A stretch of DNA of 64,000 nt from Lama guanicoe (taxonomy: Eukaryota). Both the position numbers and the translations under genes were made by a program. The notes under the pieces were generated by a model. The model did not search any database. It was not told the origin of the DNA and saw only the letters and a program-made list of their open reading frames with translations. Location: positions 4,347,167-4,411,166 of the forward strand of contig MU053482.1 of NCBI GenBank assembly GCA_013239625.1, in the 5' to 3' direction. Below, piece after piece: positions 13,110-23,442 of the stretch (position 1 is its first letter; each line of letters starts with the position of its first letter).

Positions 13110-16100
13110 GAAGCCACACGACTGTGGCAGTGCACAGGAAAGCATTCAGCCCTGGGCCTGGCACACCAGAAGTGCTCGAAAGGCATGTGTGGAATCTGAA
13201 AGCACTCTAGCCCACAGCTGGCATGCTCTGCTTTTCCTACAAGGCCAAGTTCCTAGGGGCTCCACAGTGATCTGAGAGAAAGGGCTCCCCACAGCCTCCA
13301 CGGTGGCACCTCACTCACCCTTACAGGCAAGTCTTCCTCCCTCTGGCACCCTCAAGGTCCCTCACTCGCACAAAAACAGACCAAGCTGCCTGCCTGGATC
13401 CTTCTCCCATCAGTCTCCTGCTTGACCTGAGGCCTTTGGGCTTCCACTTAGTTGAACACAATCATAGATAAAGTGATCTCCCAGTCCCCTCTCTGTGAGA
13501 CTGTCATCTTCTTTTCTCTGCTGGAGAGCGCACAGATGCTGGAGACAGTTTCCATTCCTGGCTCAACTCCATCAGCCCTTGGGCTAACTCTCTAAGTCAC
13601 TCAGTCTCAGTGTTCTCACCATGCAGTAAAGACAGAAAGCAATCAGGCAGGGACAGCACCCAGCCCAGTCCCTGACACACAAGCGTAGTTCTCTTCCTCC
13701 ATTCTTTCTGATACAATCCAGCTTCAATTCTTTAAATGCCTGTTGCTCTTAAAATAGATCAAGGGTTTGGCTAAGATTCTCATTCGGCAATTCTGTAGCT
13801 TCAAATCTTGCCCTGGCTTTCTTACTCCTACATTCACTAGTGCAAGAAATTTTGGTACCATTCTCCTAAGTCCTCAAATGCCACTAGCATGACACTTATT
13901 AGCCCAAGTTTCAAACTCTGTCCTGCCTGGGTCCCTGAATTGCATTCCCTCTCCTCTGGGATCTCAGTGGCCTTTAAGTCATCAAGGGACAGCAATCAAA
14001 CCAGCGAAGTCAAACAAGGCACCAGAGCTTAAGATGCAGCACCCAACCATCTCAAACAGGAGCTCCACTCTGAGTCTTCAACTCTGGACATCGGCGGGAT
14101 GAACCCATTCATGCCAAAGCACTGGCCTCAGCCTCCTTTTCAGGTATCATTTTCCTTTATTCTCATCTATCCCAAGGAGATGGGTGCTGACCCATTTCTC
14201 TGAACCTTCCCAAATACTGTACTTCTGTGAGCTCCTGAAGGCCAGTGATAACAAACATAGCCCAACAAAGCATGTCTCTGGCTCCAGTACCATTTTAGCA
14301 AGGTCATCATCCAGGAAGCCTGTCACTGTCTCATTGGGGCTGGACACGTCAGGTTTTCTGCTGGTATTGTTAAGGGCAGCTTCATGTCCCAAAAGCAAAC
14401 CTTCACAAAACTGAAACTTAACATTGGGCAGTGAAAGAGAATCACATCTCAGAACTGCACACCCACTGATGGAGATGATCTGTCTAGCAATATATTTTAA
14501 TCCATAATCATGTAGCCAGAAAAAAAACCACCAAAGCATTAATGTTCATAAAATCAGGAATCCTCTTGCTTAAAGCTCCAGTTGGCTGCATTCAGTTGGG
14601 TCCATAAAGAGCACAGAGACCTACACAGAAGGTTCCAGAACAGCAGCTGTTCCCAGTCGCTGTCACAACATATTATATGTTGGAACAGTTGTGCGGTAAT
14701 TTGTTATTAACAATAATTTAAGTACCAAAGCGTACGAATGATTAAATTTAACTATAAATTGAAGAGATTTCAAGATTATCACATTCTCTTGCATACTAAT
14801 ATGCTTTCTTGAGTGGGAGAGACAGGGATGGAGTGAGAATGGAGGCAGCATGTTGGGACGTGCACCATCCCGGCCCTGCCCTGGGCGGGTGCCCTGCATG
14901 TGAAGGCACGCGTGCAAGGAGAAGGGGGAACATGGAGAATTCCTGTGCCCAAGCATTGCATTACGGAACGAAGCTGATTCAGACCCCAAAGGCAAAATGA
15001 GATTTGATAAGATGACAATTATAGGCACAATGGAATAATCAAATCTCTGCAAAATTCAAGAACCCCCAGCCCTCGGGAGACTTTCAAGGCCAGTATAAAA
15101 AGTGCAACCCACCATTCCTAGAATCTGGATCATCAACCGGCAAAGCTAACCCACTCTGTCCCTCTCTCTCTCCCATGGTGCCCGTCCCACACCAATGGAC
15201 TTCTGCCCCTCTGGGTTCAAGCATGACCCTCTTTCTCCCCAGATCCCACCCCGGTGCCTTCTGCCTACATTCATCACTCGTATTCAGCTCGGCGTTTCCC
15301 CAAGGACTTTCTGTGCAAGGCTGCCTCCAGCTGGACTGCCCTCCTTCCTATAGGCCTCTCCACAGGGCAGCCTGTCTGTGCTGGTTTCCAGAATAGAACC
15401 CAAGCAACAGAAGAGGGCAACAATCCTAAAGAGACACCCCCAGACCCCGAATCAAGGCAATAGCCCATTCAGCTTTCCAAGTTAAGTGAAGTAGAAACCC
15501 TACAGATGGTAATGAAGATGTTCCAGTAACCTTGCATGCGGCTCTGAATCCTATAAACACCTCTGAAAAAACGCAGACCAGCCTAACCCAAGTAACTGAA
15601 GCTGACCTTCAAGGCCCTCAGAAACCAGAGCACCAGACCGTGGTTCTCCGACATTTCATTCTGAATTCTCCTTGAGGTTCTACATCAGCCTACTTATCGA
15701 GGGCAAATCACAGTTTACGTCAAGTGAGTGGGAAAGAATGTAGAATTCATTTGTTTTACAGCCTACACACTTCTGGATAAAAATGAAAACTCTCCGGCCA
15801 TGCGAATATGCTGTATTCTTTGGCAAGGCTCTTCTACTCCATGAAGATGTGGTCCTAGGCTGTTAATAAAGATAACTGGGCTCAACCTCTAAATCCTACT
15901 ATTGAACCTTCTCAAAACACCAATCTGTTACTAATATAATTTCACATGCCGCATTCATTCCGAAGGACAAATAGCTTTACTGTTTAAATGACACCCTTTC
16001 CTCAAATAATCTCCAAGCATTTAGCAAACATCATATTCTCTTCTTTACAACCCTGCCAAGTTGAGGATCAGATGAGAAGGACACCAGCCAATTCGAGATG

Positions 16101-16574
16101 ACATCCAAAAGCTATAGGGGACACACACAAAAAAGTCTTCCAACATTCAGGCCTAGGACATTTTCTGATTTTTAGGAACCATATATGGTGTGCAGTCTTG
16201 GTGAGCAAACCTACTGTTACTGACTTGACGTACATTAGTATGCACATAATATGCCTAATAAACTTTTAGGAAACAAAAAGCAGTTAATAATTCATTTCTC
16301 CCATTGTTGGGATGATCTTGACTCAGTGAACTAAGATAATGGATTTAGAAATTAGTCATATAATGTAATACATTATTAACCACGGTGTTCAGAAGGGTAA
16401 GTAGATGTTACAAGAACACCACCCAGGAATTCAATTTCCTTTTAGATTTGTTTACTCTCCTGAATTCTTTATGCTACCATCATCCCTCACAAAAATCTAA
16501 CAGTCTGATGTTTCCTTTTCTCCCAAAACTGATTTTCAACCTTTAAAAAAAAAAAGCAGCAGCAGCAGAAGCAG

Positions 16575-16770
16575 AGCCCTTGTAAAAATGAAATATTTTA
16601 CAGAATAACAAATGTAATAAGACAGATGAAAGAGGAGTTACACTGGTTGCATGGAGAGGAGAGAGCGGGCACAGGTGGGGTCCAGGAGACCCTTTTATGT
16701 CTCAGGTCCCAGATCAAACCTGCCAAAGGCTTGGGGATTCTGGGGACACAGTTTGAAAAGCACTGCCCTA
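16575..16770. mobile_element. hAT-Charlie-type DNA transposon end fragment
   Basis: Terminal motif ggggacacagtttgaaaagcactgcccta typical of Charlie/MER5-class ends. Confidence 0.5.
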
Positions 16771-16869
16771 AGGCATCTATGTAAAGCAAAAATTATGTAT
16801 ATAATGTAGAATACAGGCATAACATAAATTTCATTAATTAATGATATATGGAAATAAAACATATACATA

Positions 16870-17345
16870 AAATACACAAATCACAAACACTGATACCCCA
16901 AGAGAAAAACTGGCAAAGGACACAAATGCAAGGTGAAAACAAACACAGGGCTAGGGGGAAGATACTCAGTTCTAGGTAATCAAAGGAACACAAAGCAAAA
17001 GAATAGAACTTTTGACAGTGGTCACATTTGCCCAGAAAAAGTTGACATATGACACCCAATGCTGACCAGGCCCCGTAACACAGGTACAATAATACATTGC
17101 TGGTGGCTGTGTAGAAAGATTTTCCTCTTGAAAAACCATCTTTCATAAAAATGTTCATAATCTTTGAACCAGTAGTGATCCCACTTCTGGAAATACACCG
17201 TTAAAAGAAATTCAAAAGAAGAACACGCGAAGTGCAGGTGTTTGTTTCTGCTTTAATTTTAATAGAGCAGCAAATGTTCAGTAATAGGGAAGTGGTTAAA
17301 CCAATAATGGTATATTGATGGTGGAATATTATAAAAATATGTAAA
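16870..17345 (+). mobile_element. Old L1 (L1ME-like) 3' fragment
   Basis: catgcactg-like 3' region motifs: aaaatgttcataatctttgaaccagtagtgatcccacttctggaaat; caaatgttcagtaatagggaagtggttaaa. Confidence 0.7.
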
Positions 17346-17349
17346 AATG

Positions 17350-18072
17350 CAGTAAAAGTTCTCTTTTAAAATCCTCCACTTAGTCACCTCTCCAGATTAA
17401 GCAAGCTTTTATTTTCTCCATGAAAAAAAAAAAAAAAAAACCCAGGATGCCTTTGTTCCCCTGTGTCAGCATCTCTCTCCTATCCCATTCACATCTCCTG
17501 CTAACAGCTCAGTTGTATGCCTACCAACAGTCTGCTGAGTTTGTTTCCAAATGGACTTAAACTCTTCGTATTTGTCATTGGAACAGCATAATTTAATGAC
17601 ATAGTATATAAACCAAAGGAATATGCCTGCCAAACAGATGAGGGTTGTTGTTTCTAAGAAAATTAATTTAAAGTTTTGGAAAGACTTTATAAAGCTAGTC
17701 ACTTAAATAGTGGTCAAATTACACGTGAACAAAATCATCATAAAAGGCCAGACAAAAGTCATAAAAATTTAGGCTCCTACACTGCTTCACAAGCAGCTTC
17801 AAGTTCTCAATGAATGTTAAAGAAAACAGAACTAGAAACCAGACTTTGTAAACAGCACCTATGGGAGTGGTTCGTGCAAGGAAGATGATCAGAAAGGCCA
17901 TCAGCAGACCCAGCCTTACATCAAAAGGCTGACAAATAAATGTACATTTTCAATAATATCAAAATAAAATATTTAATGCATGTATGTAATATTTTGTTTT
18001 ATTCTGCACTTTAACCATTTTTTCAATAAACTAACTTAAACTCCAACTGTGTTGAATAAGAGGGGTTCTATC
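17350..18072. mobile_element. Possible decayed Tc1/mariner (Tigger-class) DNA transposon
   Basis: Ends cagtaaaagttctctt... and ...aataagaggggttcta resemble degenerate Tigger TIRs; AT-rich interior. Confidence 0.4.
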
Positions 18073-19359
18073 ATCCTCTAAAAATAAGTTCACCATGACA
18101 GAGACCAGGAGCGTCCTGGTTCACCACTGTGTCCAAAGTCACCTCCCCACAGTGGCACATATTAGGTCTCCAATAAATAAGGATCAAATCAACAACCTAT
18201 GTAGCAAATCTGAAAAAAAAAATGCTTCTAACAAAGAGCAAACTGAGGAAAGCAGAATATAAAATTACATGTAAACCACAACTTCATTTTAAAATATGGA
18301 GGCAGATGGCCAAAGCTAGAAGGCAATGCTCAAAATACAAAATAGTTATGTTAGATCAGAATGAATTAGGGGCAATTCTATACATTTTAAAGTATTTTCT
18401 TTAATATTGGCACATTCTTTTACAGATTCAAAAAGATACTAACCAAAAAAAGTGGAAGGTGTTTTTGTTGCTACTGGACTTCCACAGTAAGAAGTGAATC
18501 CATATTTCCATTTCCCAAGCTCTCCAACACTTCCACCTCCTTCAGTGCTCTCTACTTAATCCACTGCCTCACCTCTAACAATCCCATCTTTCTCCTCCTA
18601 AGACCAAACCTGTACTAACACTTATTCTATGTTTCCAATCCATCAGAATGCTATTTTTAAAATCTGGAGTTATCCACCCTCTCATTTACCATCTATTTGG
18701 TTAAAAAAAAAGTTATCAAAACTGCAATTTACATTCCCAAGAGATTCCCAAACACCATCTAATTAAATCATTCAATCAGAAAACAAATTAAAATGAAATA
18801 TCACTGCAGCCCCCAAGAGGAAAATCAACTTTTCAGTCATGACTAGAACGTAGCTCTAGGGTGACGCTCCAAAGCCTCTTCTAATTGCAAGTCCTATGAA
18901 ACATCCAGCAGAACATTTTGTGACATTTGCAGCTCCCAGGACAACTTTCCTTCCAAAGCAAAGAGAAGCCTGTGCAAGGCTCCAAAGCAAAACATACTCA
19001 TTTGGGAATGGAAATGCTTTTATTAATGACTAACCAACGCACCAGACATCCACACTGTGTACTCATTCATTCATCCACTCATCCACCCAACACGTACTCT
19101 CCGAAGAATGTGTCAGCAACTGTCCTGGATGTTCCACAAACATTTTTTAAGTGAATATAACCTCTGCCTCTTGGCATGAAACAAAACAAAACCCAGAGCT
19201 TCTCGAGTTTAACCATGGAAGAGTCTCCAAGTGGAAAGGCTGTGACTCCATCACCCCTCGGCTGCCCTCAGAAGTCACTAACTCTGACACCCACTCCCAA
19301 CACCAAGTGACTCCAGGGGAGCGCCACTGCCCCTGTGACCTGCTGTCCCTCTCAAAAGA

Positions 19360-19580
19360 CAGTACAGTATATGGTTAAGAACACAAATCCTGAAGTGACG
19401 TTAGCTGGGTTTAAATCCCTGCACCTTAGACAAATCATATAATCTCACCATCTGAAAAATAGAGCAAACCCATTACCTCCCTTATAGGGTGATGAATATT
19501 AAATAAGTCAACATACTTAAAGCACTTGGAATAGTACCTGGCACATAGCAGGTGCTACATAATTTTTAGCTACTATTAGT
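19360..19580 (+). mobile_element. MIR SINE
   Basis: cagtacagtatatggttaagaacac...ctgggtttaaatccc...catctgaaaaatagag...aaagcacttggaatagtacctggcacatag. Confidence 0.85.
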
Positions 19581-22115
19581 ATCCCTTATTCCCCCTCAGC
19601 TCAGCAGAGTAAACTGGATTGTTCAAAAGGCTCTACAAACTAACAGAATTGTGACAGTGGAATAGACATAACAGCCCATATCGTCAAGGACAAGGCTCCG
19701 ATCTTTTCCTTTCCCACCCTCTGCCTTCAGAGATCTGTACTTGGCCAGTCCCAAATATTGTAGGCCCCTTATCTAAAAAAGGTAAATCTCTAAATTTACT
19801 TTAAATTCCCCCAAATACTAGCTCAGAGATGGCTCCAGCACCACTAGGGGAACTGTCACCAGTCATGGCTATGCCATCATGGCACAACCAGCCACGTACC
19901 CTCTGAGCTTCATGTCCAGTGCTTCCCAAGTCACTGACCCTTCCCCACCCTGCTGTGGGTTGTGGCGTCCACCTTTCCATACTGAGAATCTGGTCACTTC
20001 TGAATATCCACGAGAGTCATAATACAGTCATCGCACACACATAAGAGAACTGGACCAACACATATTTTAAGGATCCTGCTCCCTGTTTCCCTCTTTTTTC
20101 CCATCTCTCTCAATTTTTTCAGGTATATATTTGAAAGTTCCAAACAGAGCTATAAGGTTTCCTGGGAGCAAAAGCACAAAGGCTCCTTTCAACTTCCACT
20201 TTGCATTCATTTTCATGCAGAGCCTTATAAATCATGTGACACAGTCCACAATCAACATGACAGGGGAGCACTCTGGGATGAGTTCACGGGTTAATAATGT
20301 CTCCTCACTGCTTCCCAAAGTAGTACCTTGCTCACCTCCTCCTTGACCAGACTGGAAAGCCAAGAGCATCATTTTCCAGGAACATAAACACACACAGAGA
20401 ATCTGTGAATGAAAATCTTTTAAACTCTGTGAGCAAACTGGAAACGTCAAAGTAAGGTATGGCCTGTGTCTCCCTGGGAACATTCTGAATCCCCCTGGGG
20501 CAAGCACTGTACTTCTACTGCTGACTAATTGTCAATCCAGACCCATGGGGTGGAAAAGGACAAATAAGAAACACAACAACAGGCACCATCAGAGAGATAA
20601 ATTGGTCTGCCAAACAAACTCAGTGGCAGGCTGACAGGCAGACGCAGGTATGAAGGAGGAGCTGTGAATGGTCTCCTTTACTGGGGAAGTGTACGAGCCA
20701 TGAACTTGTTTTGAAGTCATCAGTCAGTCAGTTAGGAGGCACCATGGACATGTACATCTCTCCTGTACTCACCTGAACCTCCCCCTGGAAGGAACTATTC
20801 TGCACACGTGTGGAAACACACCAAATGTGGAGAGAGCAGCTGTCCCCACCCCGGGAGGCACAGCAGATGCAAGGGTTGGATCCCAACACCCACATGTAAA
20901 CAAAAGAGTGCTCCTGGGGGAGAAATATTCAACCAGATACATGCCCAGGTCTGCCCAGTACTGGTACCAGAGCCTGGCAGGTCTGCCAGGTTTACAGGTG
21001 AACCAGGCTTGGTTGGCCCTACCCTGCCCTTAAGCAACTCACACCCTGAGGTAGTAAACAGGGGGAGAAGAGGCAAAGAAAAGAGAGATGAGAACGTGAG
21101 AGACGGATGTGTGTGTGCACACCGGTCACCAGTGCCCGTGGTGCCCAGAACTCTCTATCGCCTGCCTCTGGCAGCTCATCAGACAGGGTCGTCTGGGGAG
21201 AGCCCTCGGTACTCCATCCTCCCCTTGGCCCCAGCCCTGGCCTGGAGCGCAATCACGGGGCTCAGCCTTAGACTCCAGACCAACCCCGCGTGGATCTGTC
21301 TGCTCTGCCCTAGACGCTCCCTGAGCCTGGGAGTGGAGCTACCGGAGGGAACAGGGAATGGCCTTCACCGGCAGCCCAGGGTGGCAGCTCCCTGGTCCTG
21401 GGCGGAGGCACCACCGCAGTGGACAGAGCTCCAGGCTCCCAGTCTTCTTTCCCGCGCCAACACTTGCTTCTGGAGAGGGTCTTGGACCCGCGGGCTGTGG
21501 TGGAGTGAGGATCACTAAGGTTCAGACAGCACTCCCAGCCACAGATTCCCCCTGCACTTCTAACCGCCAACCGGCCGCTCACAGCGGAGCTGGAGCTCGT
21601 GCTGGGGCTGGGGCCGTGCAGTCTTCCCCGCCCTGCTCCTCCCGCAGCTTGCGGGTCCTAAAGGCCAACAGCTGGGGCCGCTCGGGCATCTCGCCCTGGA
21701 CCCTAGAGCACCCAAGTGAGTTTGATTGCCCGCGCGCGCTCCCTCGTACACACACCAACATTCACCCGTACGAACACCCTGAGCGGACCGGCGTGCGATC
21801 CCGAGAGCCCTCGAGCAACCGGCCGGTAGTCACACACACTGGGACACGTGCGCAGCGCGCCCCCATACCGCCAGCGAGCTGCACACACCCGTGCGTGGAG
21901 CCCCGCGCACACACGTGTGCCCTGGAGAAACGCGCACGGCTGCAGACACTGAGGGTCGCACACTCAGGCAAGAGCGGACACGCGGCCCCCTAAGCGTCTG
22001 CGGCCTCAGAGCCCCGCAGTAGCTCAATAGATACGCACCAGCCCCGGCGCACCCCGCGCGGCTCCGCACACTCTCTGGCCCAGTGGGCGGCCCAAGTTTC
22101 CCAGGGCGTCCGTAC

Positions 22116-22350
22116 CTTGGATATGCTGCTTTATGACATTCTCCAGGTGGTCTAGCCGTTCAATAATCTTCAGGGTGTCCCCTTTGTCTTCCTCCAGCTT
22201 CTTGTCGGGCGACGGCTCTTGCCCCCGCACATACACGCTAGCGATGTAGTTGGTGACCCAGCCCACGTAGAGCAGACATATGATGTTGGTCATGCCGCTC
22301 AGGATCACGCAAGTGGACACCAAAGTTTTGGTCTTCCTGGTGCACACCAT
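22116..22350 (-). CDS. GALNT18: GALNT18 coding exon 1 (235 nt; 78 codons + 1 nt): cytoplasmic tail, type II signal-anchor and start of the stem region
   Basis: Translation MVCTRKTKTLVSTCVILSGMTNIICLLYVGWVTNYIASVYVRGQEPSPDKKLEEDKGDTLKIIERLDHLENVIKQHIQ matches the recognised GALNT18 N-terminus. The ATG is in strong context (AGAATGG). The exon ends CAAG|GTACGG with a canonical GT donor at 22115-22114; the ORF-track extension to 22024 is intronic read-through. Confidence 0.96.
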
Positions 22351-22369
22351 TCTGGACTCCCTCCTCCAT
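22238..22369 (-). other. Overlapping out-of-frame uORF2, 43 aa (MEEGVQNGVHQEDQNFGVHLRDPERHDQHHMSALRGLGHQLHR*)
   Basis: ATG 19 nt upstream of the main ATG (TATATGG context); TAG at 22240-22238, inside the coding exon. Confidence 0.55.
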
Positions 22370-22614
22370 ATAGAGCTCCCGGGGCTCCTCTCAGCGCACC
22401 CCGGACTCCCCCGCCCTCACACCCCCTAGCACGCCCGGGGCCGCGGGGCGCCGGAGCACCTGAGTCCCGACGTTCTCCAAAGCCCGACAGCTGACGGTGG
22501 AGCTGCCGTGCTCAAGTTTGGAGCTCCAGCCGCTGGCCGCCCGGAGAGCTTGACAAAGGAAATGAGGTGGATTTTTTTTCCAAATTAAAAATCTCCGAGC
22601 CCTTCTCGGAGCGG

Positions 22615-22701
22615 TCACGGGCGGTAGGCAGCCGCGCGCCCTGACACGCGCGCCTGGGAAACTTTGTCACAGCCTGGGTCCGCAGCTGTGCCGCTTCCCA
22701 T
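22615..22701 (-). other. uORF1 in GALNT18 leader, 28 aa (MGSGTAADPGCDKVSQARVSGRAAAYRP*)
   Basis: ATG at 22701-22699 in GCGATGG context; TGA at 22617-22615. Requires a TSS upstream of 22701. Confidence 0.55.
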
Positions 22702-22753
22702 CGCCCGGCGCCGGTAGCCTTGGCGGTCCGACCTGCCCGCGCTGCTAGAAGGA

Positions 22754-22774
22754 CGGCGGCGGCGGCGGCGGCGG
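22754..22774 (+). repeat. (CGG)7 trinucleotide repeat at the GALNT18 5' end
   Basis: cggcggcggcggcggcggcgg read directly. Confidence 0.95.
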
Positions 22775-22825
22775 GGAGAGCCACGGAGCCCAGCGGCCCG
22801 GCCCCCTCCGAGCGACAAGCGCCGC

Positions 22826-22905
22826 CACCAATCGCGCTCCGGCTCGAGAGAAGGGCCGGGGCTGGGCTGTCGCGGACCAACGGAGAGGGCGCGGGGGGCG
22901 GAGTC
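22826..22905 (-). promoter_or_regulatory. TATA-less core/proximal promoter elements: CCAAT box (22828-22832) and Sp/KLF GC box (GGGCGG 22896-22901)
   Basis: CCAATC and GGGGCGGAGT read directly on the + strand just upstream of the inferred TSS. Confidence 0.6.
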
Positions 22906-23358
22906 CGGTTTCCGGGCCCCACCTGCTGGCCTCCCCTGGCTCCCGCCCCCCAGGGACGCTCCCGAGCCTCCACCCGCGCCCGCGCCCGCGCCGGCTGCCC
23001 CAGACCCGAAGCTCCTGGAGAGGGCGCGCCGCCAGTCCCAGCCCGAGGTCGGCAGATTCCACCATTAGGGGGATTCCACCTCTTGTTCTTGCGCAGGAAC
23101 CTCCAGCCTTCAGGAGCTCGCGCGGCCCAGAGCCCCTCATCCGTCCCGCCACTCCTCTTCCCTTTTCCTGGTTGCCAGGACGCAGAGAAGCCAGGGAAGC
23201 GTGGGCCGGATCGCCCGTCCGGTCTTGCCCTTGGTCAGGCCCGGTAGGCGTCCACTTCTTCCTTGGCCTCACTTCGACCTCCACCCAGTCAGCCCGCCTC
23301 CTGGATGTCTCCAGACTCAGCAACTGTCCAAGGAGCCAACCCTCCAAACCTCTTAGGT

Positions 23359-23442
23359 ATCTCCTTGAAGATTCTGGACCATCACCCATCTCCTGGAAGA
23401 TTTTTGCCCCTACACCTATCTCCTGGAAGATTTTTGCCCCTA
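23359..23442. repeat. Short tandem repeat with ~30-bp period (two identical 25-mers plus one degenerate copy)
   Basis: ATCTCCTGGAAGATTTTTGCCCCTA at 23388-23412 and 23418-23442; degenerate ATCTCCTTGAAGATT at 23359. Confidence 0.9.

Larger units (their letters stand above)
1..22115 (-). other. GALNT18: GALNT18 intron 1 (continues beyond the window's left edge)
   Basis: Begins at the GT donor at 22115. No recognisable GALNT18 exon-2 peptide appears in the ORF track, and the region is dominated by interspersed repeats. Confidence 0.85.
22351..22790 (-). other. GALNT18: GALNT18 5' UTR portion of exon 1 (TSS approximate)
   Basis: GC-rich sequence contiguous with the start codon and downstream of CCAAT/GC-box elements. 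The TSS is inferred from promoter-element position, not observed. Confidence 0.6.
21560..23260. promoter_or_regulatory. CpG island spanning GALNT18 promoter, exon 1 and the start of intron 1
   Basis: Very high GC and dense CpG (CGCG, GCGGCG) against a CpG-depleted background. Confidence 0.92.

Noticed and set aside
19839..19855. Second CTCF-like word CCACTAGGGGAAC
   Set aside because: Lacks the GGC at the 3' end of the core; weak match
22024..22115. C-terminal 30 aa of the 108-aa ORF
   Set aside because: Intronic read-through past the GT donor at 22115; GALNT18 similarity ends at ...KQHIQ
20808..23389. Long ORFs (236, 211, 175, 214, 153 aa) around the CpG island
   Set aside because: Pro/Ala/Arg/Gly-rich translations with no recognisable domain, mostly non-ATG starts; expected from stop-codon scarcity in GC-rich DNA
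23359..23442. CRISPR-like direct repeats
   Set aside because: Eukaryotic DNA, 5-nt gap instead of unique spacers, no cas genes; simple tandem duplication
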